Shown: positions 41,101-54,300 of the stretch, piece by piece
Position numbering within the stretch: position 1 is the stretch's first letter
Layout: every line of letters starts with the position of its first letter
From: Eledone cirrhosa
Lineage: Eukaryota
Reading direction: 5' to 3'
NCBI GenBank assembly: GCA_964016885.1
Contig: OZ024744.1
Location: 11,656,001 to 11,720,000 of the forward strand
DNA: 64,000 nucleotides
The notes under the pieces: generated by a model
What the model saw: only the letters and a program-made list of their open reading frames with translations
Database searches by the model: none
Told to the model about the DNA's origin: nothing
Program-made: the position numbers and the translations under genes

Positions 41101-44100
41101 ATATGTTGTGCTGTTGTACTCCAATATGTTGTGTTGTTGTACTCCAATATGTTGTGTTGTTATACTCCAATATGTTGTGCTGTTGTACTCCAATATTTCG
41201 TGTTGTTGTACTCCAATACGTCGTGTTGTACTCCAATATGTTGTGTTGTTATACTCCAATATGTTATGTTGTTGTACTCCAATGTGTCTTGTTGTTGGAC
41301 TCCAATATGTTTTGATGTTGTACTCCAATATGTTGTGTTGTTGTACTCCAATATGTTTTGATGTTGTACTCCAATATGTTGTGTTGTTGTACTCCAATAT
41401 GTTGTGTAGTCGTACTCCAATATGCTGTGTTGTTGTACTCTAATATGTTTTGTTGTTATTATCCAATACGTTGTGATGTTGTACTCCAATGTGTTGTGTT
41501 GTTGTACTCCAATGTGATGTGTTGTTGTACTCCAATATGTTGTGCTGTTGTACTCCAATATTTTTTTGTTTTTTGTACTCCAATATGTTGTGTTGTTATA
41601 CTCCAATATGTTGTGTTGTTATACTCCAATATGGTGTGTTGTTGTACTCCAATATGTTGTATTGTTTTCTCCAATATGTCATGTTATACTCCGATATGGT
41701 GTGTTCGTGTACTCCAATATGTTGTGTTATTGTACTCCAATATGTTGCGTTGTTGTACTCCAATATGTTGTGTTGTTATACTCCAATATGTCGTGTGGCT
41801 GTACTCCAATATGTCGTGTTGTTGTACTCCAATATATCATGTAGTTGTACTCCAATATTTCGTGTTGTTGTACCCCAATATGTAGTGTTGTTTATACTCC
41901 AATATGTTTTGCTGTTGTACTCCAATATGTTGTGTTGCTGTACTCCTATATGGTGTGTTGTTATTCTCCAATATGTTGTGCTGTTGTACTCCAATGTGTT
42001 GTGTTGTTATACTCCAATGTGTTGTGTTGTTATACTCCAATATGTTGTGTTGTTGTAGTCCAATATGTTGTGTTGTCGTACTCCAATATGTTGTGTTGTT
42101 ATACTCCAATATTTCGTGTGGTTGTACTCCAATATGTCATGGTGTTGTACTTCAATATGTCGTGTTGTTGTACTCCAATATGTTGTCTGGTTGTACTCCA
42201 ATCTGTTGTATTGTTGTACTTCAATATGTTCTGTTGTTGTACTCCAATATATTGTGTTGTTGTATTCCAATATGTTGTGTTGTTGTACTCCAATATGCTG
42301 TGTTGTTGTACTCCAATATGTTGTGTTGTTGTACTCCAATATGTTGTGTTGTTGTACTCCAATATCTTGTGTTCTTATACTCCAATATGTTGTGTTGTTA
42401 TACTCCAATATGTTGTGTTGTTGTACTCCAATATGTTGTGCTGTTGTACTCCAATATGATGTGCTGTTGTACTCCAATATGTTGTGTTGTTGTACTCCAA
42501 TGTGTTGTGTTGTTGTACTCCAATATGTTGTGCCGTTGTACTCCAATATTTTTTGTTTTTGTACTCCAAAATGTTGTGTTGTTGTACTCCAATATGGTGT
42601 GCTGTTGTACTCCAAATCTCGTGTTGTTATACTCCAATGTGTTGTGTTGTTATACTCCAATATGGTGTGTTGTTGAACTCCAATATGTTGTATTGTTTTT
42701 CTCCAATATGTCATGTTATACTCCAATATGTTGTGTTCGTGTACTCCAATATGTTGTGTTATTGTACTCCAATATGTTGCGTTGTTGTACTCCAATATGT
42801 TGTGTTGTTATACTCCAATATGTTGTGTTGTTGTACTCCAATATGTCATGTTGTTGTACTCCAGTATGTCTTGTTATACTCCAATATGTCGTGTTGCTGT
42901 ACTCCAATATGTCATGCTGTTGTACTCCAATATTTCGTGTCGTTGTACTCCAATATGTTGTGCTTTTGTACTCCAATATGTTTTGCTGTTGTACTCCACT
43001 GTGTTGTGTTGTTGAACTCCAATATGTTGTGTTGTTGTTCTCCAATATTTTGTGCTGTTGTACTCCAATGTGTTGTGTTGTTATACTCCAATATGTTGTG
43101 TTGTGATACTCCAATGTGTTGTGTTGTTGTACTCCAATATGTTGTGTTGTTGTACTCCAATATGTTGTGTTGTTATACACCAATGTGGTGTGCTGTTGTA
43201 ATCCAATATGTTATGTTGTACTCCAATATGTTGTGTTGTTATACTCCAATATGTAGTGTTGTTATACTCCAATATGTTGTGTTGTTGTACACCAATCTGT
43301 TGTGTTATACTCCAATATGTTGTGTTGTTGTACTCCAATATGTTGTATTGTTGTTCTCCAATATGTCATGCTATACTCCAATAAGTTGTGTTCTTGTACT
43401 CCAATATGTTTTGTTGTTGTACTCCAATATGTTATGTTGTTGTACTCCAATATATCATGTTGTTGTACCCCAATATGTCATGTTATACTCCAATATGTCG
43501 TTGTTATACTCCAATATGTCATGTTGCTGTACTCCAACATGTCGTGTTGTAGTACTCCAATATGTTTTGATGTTGTACTCCAATATGTTGTGTTGTTGTA
43601 CTCCAATATGTTGTGTTGTTGTACTCCAATATGTTGTGTTGTTATACTCCAATATGTTGTGCTGTTGTACTCCAATATGTCATGTTGTTGTACTCCGATA
43701 TTTCGTGTTGTTCTACTCCAATATTTCGTGTTGCTGTACTCCAATATGTCGTGGTGTTGTACTCCAATATGTTTTGATGTTGTACTCCAATATGTCGTGT
43801 TGTTGTACTCCAATATGTTGTGTTGTTATACTCCAATATGCTGTGTTGTTATACTCCTATATGTTGTGCTGTTGTACTTCAATATGTTGTGTTCTACTCC
43901 AATATGTTGTGTGGTTATACTCCAATATGTTGTGTTGTTGTACTCCAATATGTTGTGTTGTTGTACTCCAATATGTGATGTTGTTGTACTCCAATATGTC
44001 GTATTGTTGTACTCCAATATATTGTGTTGTTATACTCCAATATTTCGTGTTGTTTTAGTCCAATATGTCATGTTGTTTTACTCCAATATTTCGTGTTGTT

Positions 44101-45370
44101 GTACTCCAATATGTCATGGTGTTGTACTTCAATATGTCGTATTGTTGTACTCCAATATGTTGTGTTGTTGTTCTCCAATATGTCGTGTTGTTATACTCCA
44201 ATATGTTATGATGTTGTACTCCAATATATTGTGTTGTTGTACTCCAATATGTTGTGTTGCTGTACTCCAATATGGTGTGTCGTTGTACTCCAATATGTTG
44301 TGTTGTTGTACTCCAATATGTTGTGTTGTTGTACTCCAATATGTTGTTGTACTCCAATATGTCATGTTGTCGTACACCAATATTTCATGTTGTTGTACTC
44401 CAATATGTCATGGTGTTGTACTCCAATATGTTGTGTTGTTGTACTCCAATATGTTGTGTTGTTGTACTCCAATATGTTGTGTTGTTGTACTCCAATATGT
44501 TGTGTTGTTGTACTCCAATATGTTGTGTTGTTGTACTCCAATATGTTGTGTTGTTGTACTCCAATATGTTGTGTTGTTGTACTCCAATATGCCATGTTGT
44601 TATACTCCAATATGTCGTGGTGTTGTACTCCAATATGTCATGTTGTTGTACTCCAATATTTCGTGTTGTTGTACTCCAATATGTCATAGGGGTTGTACTC
44701 CAATATGGTGTGTTGTTGTACTCCAATATGCTGTGTTGCTGTACTCCAATAGGTTGTGTTGTTGTACTCCAATATGCTGTGTTGGCTGTGCTCCAATACG
44801 TTGTGTTGTTGTACTCCAATATGTTGTGCTGCTGTACTCCAATATGTTGTGTTGTTGTACTCCAATATGTTGTGTTGTTGTACTCCAATATGTTGTGTTG
44901 TTGTACTCCAATCTATATCGCTGTTGTACTCCAATATGTTGTGTTGTTGTACTCCAATATGTTGTGCTGTTGTACTCCAATATGTTGTGCTGTTGTACTC
45001 CAATATTTTGTGCTGTTATACTCCAATATATTGTGTTGTTATACACCAATATGTTGTGTTGTTGTACTCCAAAATATTGTGTTGTTATACTCCAATATGT
45101 TGTGTTGTTATACTCCAATATGTTGTGCTGTTATACTCCAATATGTTGTGTTGTTGTACTCCAATATGTTGTGCTGTTATACTCCAATATTTTGTGTTGT
45201 TATACTCCAATATGTGGTATTGTTGTACTCCAATATGTTGTGCTGTTGTACTCCAATATGTTGTGTTGTTATACTCCAACATGTTGTGTTGTTATACTCC
45301 AATATGTTGTGTTGTTATACTCGAATATGTTGTGTTGTTATACTCGAATATCTTGTGTTGTTATACTCGA
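26110..45370 (+). repeat. ~10.2-10.4-kb segmental tandem duplication with internal monomer-multiple indels
   Basis: ORF offsets of 10183 (26170/36353), 10433 (29677/40110), 10389 (32324/42713) and 10412 (34344/44756). The marker GTCATAGGGG has its G run at 28666/39102 and 34277/44689. Confidence 0.87.
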
Positions 45371-48300
45371 ATATGTTATGTTGTTGTACTCCAATATGTC
45401 ATGTTGTTGTACTCCAATATGTTTTGATGTTGTACTCCAATATGTTCTGTTGTTGTACTCCAATATGTTTTGATGTTGTACTCCAATATGTTGTGTTGTT
45501 GTACTCCAATATGTTGTGTAGTCGTACTCCAATATGTTGTGTTGTTGTACTCCAATATGCTGTGATGTTGTACTCCAATATGATGTGCTGTTGTACTCCA
45601 ATGCGTTGTGTTGTTGTACTCCAATATGCTGTGTTGTTATACTCCAATATGTTGTGTTGTTATACTCCAATATGTTGTGTTGTTATACTCCAATATGTTG
45701 TGTTGTTTTACTCCAATATGTTGTATTGTTGATCTCCAATATGTCATATTATACTCCAATAAGTTGTGTTCTTGTACTCCAATATGTGTTGTTGTTGTAC
45801 TCCAATATGTTGCGTTGTTGTACTCCAATATATCATGTTGTCGTACTCCAATATGTCATGTTATACTCCAATATGTTTTGATGCTGTACTCCAATATGTT
45901 GTGTTGTTGTACTACAATATGTTGTGTTGTTGTACTCCAATATGTTGTGTTGTTATACTCCAATATGTTGTGCTGTTGTACTCCAATATGTTGTGTTGTT
46001 ATACTCCAATATGTAGTGTTGTTATACTCCAATATGTTATGTTGTTGTACTCCAATCTGTTGTGTTGTTATACTCCAATATATTGTGTTGTTATACTCCA
46101 ATATGTTGTGTTGTTTTACTCCAATATGTTGTGTTGTTGTACTCCAATATGTTGTATTGTTGTTCTCCAATATGTCATGTTATACTCCAATAAGTTGTGT
46201 TCTTGTACTCCAATATGTTGTGTAGTTGTACTCCAATATGTTGTGTTGTTGTACTCCAATATATCATGTTGTCGTACTCCAATATGTCATGTTATACTCC
46301 AATGTGTCATTGTTGTACTCCAATATGTCGTGTTGTTGTACTCCAATATGTCGTGTTGTTGGACTCCAATATGTTGTGTTGTTGTACTCCAATATGTTGT
46401 GTTGTTGTACTCCAATATGTTGTGTTGTTATACTCCAATATGTTATGTTGTTGTACTCCAATATGTCATGTTGTTGTACTCCAATATGTTTTGATTTTGT
46501 ACTCCAATATGTCGTGTTGTTATACTCCAATATGTTATGATGTTGTACTCCAATATATTGTGTTACTCCAATATTTCCAATATGCCATGTTGTTATACTC
46601 CAATAGGTTGTGTTGTTGTACTCCAATATGTCATAGGGGTTGTACTCCAATATGGTGTGTTGTTGTACTCCAATATGCTGTGTTGCTGTACTCCAATAGG
46701 TTGTGTTGTTGTACTCCAATATGCGGTGTTGGCTGTGCTCCAATACGTTGTGTTGTTGTACTCCAATATGTTGTGCTGCTGTACTCCAATATGTTGTGTT
46801 GTTGTACTCCAATATGTTGTGTTGTTGTACTCCAATATGTTGTGTTGTTGTACTCCAATCTATATCGCTGTTGTACTCCAATATGTTGTGTTGTTGTACT
46901 CCAATATGTTGTGCTGTTGTACTCCAATATGTTGTGATGTTGTACTCCAATATTTTGTGCTGTTATACTCCAATATATTGTGTTGTTATACTCCAATATG
47001 TTGTGTTGTTGTACTCCAAAATATTGTGTTGTTATACTCCAATATGTTGTGTTGTTATACTCCAATATGTTGTGCTGTTATACTCCAATATGTTGTGTTG
47101 TTGTACTCCAATATGTTGTGCTGTTATACTCCAATATTTTGTGTTGTTATACTCCAATATGTGGTATTGCTGTACTCCAATATGTTGTGCTGTTGTACTC
47201 CAATATGTTGTGTTGTTATACTCCAACATGTTGTGTTGTTATACTCCAATATGTTGTGTTGTTATACTCGAATATGTTGTGTTGTTATACTCGAATATCT
47301 TGTGTTGTTATACTCGAATATGTTGTGCTGTTGTACTCCAATATGTCGTGTTGTTGTACTCCAATATATCATGTAGTTGTACTCCAATATTTCGTGTTGT
47401 TGTACCCCAATATGTAGTGTTGTTTATACTCCAATATGTTTTGCTGTTGTACTCCAATATGTTGTGTTGCTGTACTCCTATATGTTGTGTTGTTATTCTC
47501 CAATATGTTGTGTTGTTATACTCCAATGTGTTGTGTTGTTATACTCCAATATGTTGTGTTGTTGTAGTCCAATATGTTGTGTTGTCGTACTCCAATATGT
47601 TGTGTTGTTATACTCCAATATTTCGTGTGGTTGTACTCCAATATGTCATGGTGTTGTACTTCAATATGTCGTGTTGTTGTACTCCAATATGTTGTCTTGC
47701 TGTACTCCAATATGTTGTGTTGTTGTACTCCAATATCTTGTGTTCTTATACTCCAATATGTTGTGTTGTTATACTCCAATATGTTGTGTTGTTGTACTCC
47801 AATATGTTGTGCTGTTTTACTCCAATATGTTGTGTTGTTGTACTCCAATATGTTGTATTATTTTTCTCCAATATGTCATGTTATACTCCAATAAGTTGTG
47901 TTCTTGTACTCCAATATGTTGTGTTGTTGTACTCCAATATATCATGTTGTCGTACTCCAATATGTCATGTTATACTCCAATATGTCATTGTTGTACTCCA
48001 ATATGTCGTGTTGTTGTACTCCAATATGTCGTGTTGTTGTACTCCAATATGTTGTGTTGTTGTACTCCAATATGTTGTGTTGTTGTACTCCAATATGTTG
48101 TGTTGTTATACTCCAATATGTTATGTTGTTGTACTCCAATATGTCATGTTGTTGTACTCCAATATGTTTTGATGTTGTACTCCAATATGTTGTGTTGTTG
48201 TACTCCAATATGTTTTGATGTTGTACTCCAATATGTTGTGTTGTTGTACTCCAATATGTTGTGTAGTCGTACTCCAATATGTTGTGTTGTTGTACTCCAA

Positions 48301-51300
48301 TATGCTGTGATGTTGTACTCCAATATGATATGCTGTTGTACTCCAATGCGTTGTGTTGTTGTACTCCAATATGCTGTTTTGTTATACTCCAATATGTTGT
48401 GTTGTTGTACTCCAATATGTTGTGTTGTTGTACTCCAATATGTTGTGTTGTTGTAATCCAATATCTTGTGTTGTTATACTCCAATATGTTGTGCTGTTGT
48501 ACTCCAATATGTTGAGTTGTTATACTCCAATATGTAGTGTTGTTATACTCCAATATGTTGTGTTGTTGTACTCCAATCTGTTGCGTTATACTCCAATATG
48601 TTGTGTTGTTATACTCCAATATGTTGTGTTGTTATACTCCAATATGTTGTGTTGTTTTACTCCAATATGTTGTATTGTTGATCTCCAATATGTCATATTA
48701 TACTCCAATAAGTTGTGTTCTTGTACTCCAATATGTGTTGTTGTTGTACTCCAATATGTTGCGTTGTTGTACTCCAATATATCATGTTGTCGTACTCCAA
48801 TATGTCATGTTATACTCCAATATGTTTTGATGCTGTACTCCAATATGTTGTGTTGTTGTACTACAATATGTTGTGTTGTTGTACTCCAATATGTTGTGTT
48901 GTTATACTCCAATATGTTGTGCTGTTGTACTCCAATATGTTGTGTTGTTATACTCCAATATGTAGTGTTGTTATACTCCAATATGTTGTGTTGTTGTACT
49001 CCAATCTGTTGTGTTGTTATACTCCAATATATTGTGTTGTTATACTCCAATATGTTGTGTTGTTTTACTCCAATATGTTGTGTTGTTGTACTCCAATATG
49101 TTGTATTGTTGTTCTCCAATATGTCATGTTATACTCCAATAAGTTGTGTTCTTGTACTCCAATATGTTGTGTTGTTGTACTCCAATATGTTGTGTTGTTG
49201 TACTCCAATATATCATGTTGTCGTACTCCAATATGACATGTTATACTCCAATATGTCGTTGTTATACTCCAATATGTCATGATGTTGTACTCCAATATGT
49301 CGTGTTCTTGTACTCCAATATGTCGTGTTGTCGTACTCCAATATGTTGTGTTGTTGTACTCCAATATGTTGTGCTGTTGTACTCCAATATGTTGTGTTGT
49401 TGTACTCCAATATGTTGTGTTGTTATACTCCAATATGTTGTGCTGTTGTACTCCAATATTTCGTGTTGTTGTACTCCAATACGTCGTGTTGTACTCCAAT
49501 ATGTTGTGTTGTTATACTCCAATATGTTGTTGTACTCCAATGTGTCTTGTTGTTGTACTCCAATATGTTTTGAAGTTGTACTCCAATATGTTGTGTTGTT
49601 GTACTCCAATATGTTTTGATGTTGTACTCCAATATGTTGTGTTGTTGTACTCCAATGTGTTGTGTAGTCGTATTCCAATATGTTGTGTTGTTGTACTCTA
49701 ATATGTTTTGTTGTTATTCTCCAATATGTTGTGATGTTGTACTCCAATGTGTTGTGTTGTTGTACTCCAATGTGATGTGTTGTTGTACTCCAATATGTTG
49801 TGCTGTTGTACTCCAATATTTTTTTGTTTTTTGTACTCCAATATGTTGTGTTGTTATACTCCAATATGTTGTGTTGTTATACTCCAATATGGTGTGTTGT
49901 TGTACTCCAATATGTTGTATTGTTTTCTCCAATATGTCATGTTATACTCCAATATGGTGTGTTCGTGTACTCCAATATGTTGTGTTATTGTACTCCAATA
50001 TGTTGCGTTGTTGTACTCCAATATGTTGTGTTGTTATACTCCAATATGTCGTGTGGCTGTACTCCAATATGTCATGTTGTTGTACTCCAATATGTCTTGT
50101 TATAGTCCAATATGTCGTGTTGTTGTACTCCAATATATCATGTAGTTGTACTCCAATATTTCGTGTTGTTGTACCCCAATATGTAGTGTTGTTTATACTC
50201 CAATATGTTTTGCTGTTGTACTCCAATATGTTGTGTTGCTGTACTCCTATATGTTGTGTTGTTATTCTCCAATATGTTGTGCTGTTGTACTCCAATGTGT
50301 TGTGTTGTTATACTCCAATGTGTTGTGTTGTTATACTCCAATATGTTGTGTTGTTGTAGTCCAATATGTTGTGTTGTCGTACTCCAATATGTTGTGTTGT
50401 TATACTCCAATATTTCGTGTGGTTGTACTCCAGTATGTCATGGTGTTGTACTTCAATATGTCGTGTTGTTGTACTCCAATATGTTGTCTTGTTGTACTCC
50501 AATCTGTTGTATTGTTGTACTTCAATATGTTCTGTTGTTGTACTCCAATATATTGTGTTGTTGTACTCCAACATGTTGTGTTGTTGTACTCCAATATGCT
50601 GTGTTGTTGTACTCCAATATGTTGTGTTGTTGTACTCCAATATGTTGTGTTGTTGTACTCCAATATCTTGTGTTCTTATACTCCAATATGTTGTGTTGTT
50701 ATACTCCAATATGTTGTGTTGTTGTACTCCAATATGTTGTGCTGTTGTACTCCAATATGATGTGCTGTTGTACTCCAATATGTTGTGTTGTTGTACTCCA
50801 ATGTGTTGTGTTGTTGTACTCCAATATGTTGTGCCGTTGTACTCCAATATTTTTTTGTTTTTGTACTCCAAAATGTTGTGTTGTTATACTCCAATATGTT
50901 GTGTTGGTGTACTCCAATATGGTGTGCTGTTGTACTCCAAATCTCGTGTTGTTATACTCCAATGTGTTGTGTTGTTATACTCCAATATGGTGTGTTGTTG
51001 AACTCCAATATGTTGTATTGTTTTTCTCCAATATGTCATGTTATACTCCAATATGTCGTGTTGCTGTACTCCAATATGTCATGCTGTTGTACTCCAATAT
51101 GTTTTGCTGTTGTACTCCACCGTGTTGTGTTGTTGAACTCCAATACGTTGTGTTGTTGTTCTCCAATATTTTGTGCTGTTGTACTCCAATTTGTGTTGTT
51201 GTACTCCAATATGTTGTGTTGTTGTACTCCAATATGTTGTGTTGTTGTACTCCAATATGTTGTGTTGTTATACTCCAATATGTTGTGCTGTTGTACTCCA

Positions 51301-54300
51301 ATATTTCGTGTTGTTGTACTCCAATACGTCGTGTTGTTGTACTCCAATATGTTTTGATGTTGTACTCAAATATGTTGTGTTGTTGTACTCCAATATGTTT
51401 TGATGTTGTACTCCAATATGTTGTGTTGTTGTACTCCAATATGTTGTGTAGTCTTACTCCAATATGTTGTGTTGTTGTACTCCAATATGCTGTGATGTTG
51501 TACTCCAATATGATGTGATGTTGTACTCCAATGCGTTGTGTTGTTGTATTCCAATGTGATGTGTTGTTGTACTCCAATATGTTGTGCCATTGTACTCCAA
51601 TATTTTTTATATTTGTACTCCAATATGTTGTGTTGTTATACTCCAATATGTTGTGCTGTTGTACTCCAAATCTCGTGTTGTTATACTCCAATGTGTTGTG
51701 TTGTTATACTCCAATATGGTGTGTTGTTGTAGTCCAATATGTTGTATTGTTTTTTTCCAATATGTCATGTTATACTCCAATATGTTGTGTTCGTGTACTC
51801 CAATATGTTGTGTTATTGTACTCCAATATGTTGCGTTGTTGTACTCCAATATGTTGTGTTGTTATACTCCAATATATTGTGTTGTTGTACTCCAATATGT
51901 TGTCTTGTTGTACTCCAAAAGGCCATGTTATCGTACTCCAATATGTCTTGTTATACTCCAATATGTCGTGTGGCTGTACTCCAATATGTCATGTTGTTGT
52001 ACTCCAATATGTCTTGTTATAGTCCAATATGTCGTGTTGTTGTACTCCAATATGTCATGTAGTTGTATTCCAATATTTCGTGTTGTTGTACCCCAATATG
52101 TCGTGTTGTTTATACTCCAATATGTTTTGCTGTTGTACTCCAATATGTTGTGTTGCTGTACTCCAATATCTTGTGTTCTTATACTCCAATATGTTGTGTT
52201 GTTATACTCCAATATGTTGTGTTGTTGTACTCCAATATGTTGTGCTGTTGTACTCCAATATGATGTGCTGTTGTACTCCAATATGTTGTGTTGTTGTACT
52301 CCAATGTGTTGTGTTGTTGTACTCCAATATGTTGTGCCGTTGTACTCCAATATTTTTTGTTTTTGTACTCCAAAATGTTGTGTTGTTGTACTCCAATATG
52401 GTGTGCTGTTGTACTCCAAATCTCGTGTTGTTATACTCCAATGTGTTGTGTTGTTATACTCCAATATGGTGTGTTGTTGAACTCCAATATGTTGTATTGT
52501 TTTTCTCCAATATGTCATGTTATACTCCAATATGTTGTGTTCGTGTACTCCAATATGTTGTGTTATTGTACTCCAATATGTTGCGTTGTTGTACTCCAAT
52601 ATGTTGTGTTGTTATACTCCAATATGTTGTGTTGTTGTACTCCAATATGTCATGTTGTTGTACTCCAGTATGTCTTGTTATACTCCAATATGTCGTGTTG
52701 CTGTACTCCAATATGTCATGCTGTTGTACTCCAATATTTCGTGTCGTTGTACTCCAATATGTTGTGCTTTTGTACTCCAATATGTTTTGCTGTTGTACTC
52801 CACTGTGTTGTGTTGTTGAACTCCAATATGTTGTGTTGTTGTTCTCCAATATTTTGTGCTGTTGTACTCCAATGTGTTGTGTTGTTATACTCCAATATGT
52901 TGTGTTGTGATACTCCAATGTGTTGTGTTGTTGTACTCCAATATGTTGTGTTGTTGTACTCCAATATGTTGTGTTGTTATACACCAATGTGGTGTGCTGT
53001 TGTAATCCAATATGTTATGTTGTACTCCAATATGTTGTGTTGTTATACTCCAATATGTAGTGTTGTTATACTCCAATATGTTGTGTTGTTGTACACCAAT
53101 CTGTTGTGTTATACTCCAATATGTTGTGTTGTTGTACTCCAATATGTTGTATTGTTGTTCTCCAATATGTCATGCTATACTCCAATAAGTTGTGTTCTTG
53201 TACTCCAATATGTTTTGTTGTTGTACTCCAATATGTTATGTTGTTGTACTCCAATATATCATGTTGTTGTACCCCAATATGTCATGTTATACTCCAATAT
53301 GTCGTTGTTATACTCCAATATGTCATGTTGCTGTACTCCAACATGTCGTGTTGTAGTACTCCAATATGTTTTGATGTTGTACTCCAATATGTTGTGTTGT
53401 TGTACTCCAATATGTTGTGTTGTTGTACTCCAATATGTTGTGTTGTTATACTCCAATATGTTGTGCTGTTGTACTCCAATATGTCATGTTGTTGTACTCC
53501 GATATTTCGTGTTGTTCTACTCCAATATTTCGTGTTGCTGTACTCCAATATGTCGTGGTGTTGTACTCCAATATGTTTTGATGTTGTACTCCAATATGTC
53601 GTGTTGTTGTACTCCAATATGTTGTGTTGTTATACTCCAATATGCTGTGTTGTTATACTCCTATATGTTGTGCTGTTGTACTTCAATATGTTGTGTTCTA
53701 CTCCAATATGTTGTGTGGTTATACTCCAATATGTTGTGTTGTTGTACTCCAATATGTTGTGTTGTTGTACTCCAATATGTGATGTTGTTGTACTCCAATA
53801 TGTCGTATTGTTGTACTCCAATATATTGTGTTGTTATACTCCAATATTTCGTGTTGTTTTAGTCCAATATGTCATGTTGTTTTACTCCAATATTTCGTGT
53901 TGTTGTACTCCAATATGTCATGGTGTTGTACTTCAATATGTCGTATTGTTGTACTCCAATATGTTGTGTTGTTGTTCTCCAATATGTCGTGTTGTTATAC
54001 TCCAATATGTTATGATGTTGTACTCCAATATATTGTGTTGTTGTACTCCAATATGTTGTGTTGCTGTACTCCAATATGGTGTGTCGTTGTACTCCAATAT
54101 GTTGTGTTGTTGTACTCCAATATGTTGTGTTGTTGTACTCCAATATGTTGTTGTACTCCAATATGTCATGGTGTTGTACTCCAATATGTTGTGTTGTTGT
54201 ACTCCAATATGTTGTGTTGTTGTACTCCAATATGTTGTGTTGTTGTACTCCAATATGTTGTGTTGTTGTACTCCAATATGTTGTGTTGTTGTACTCCAAT

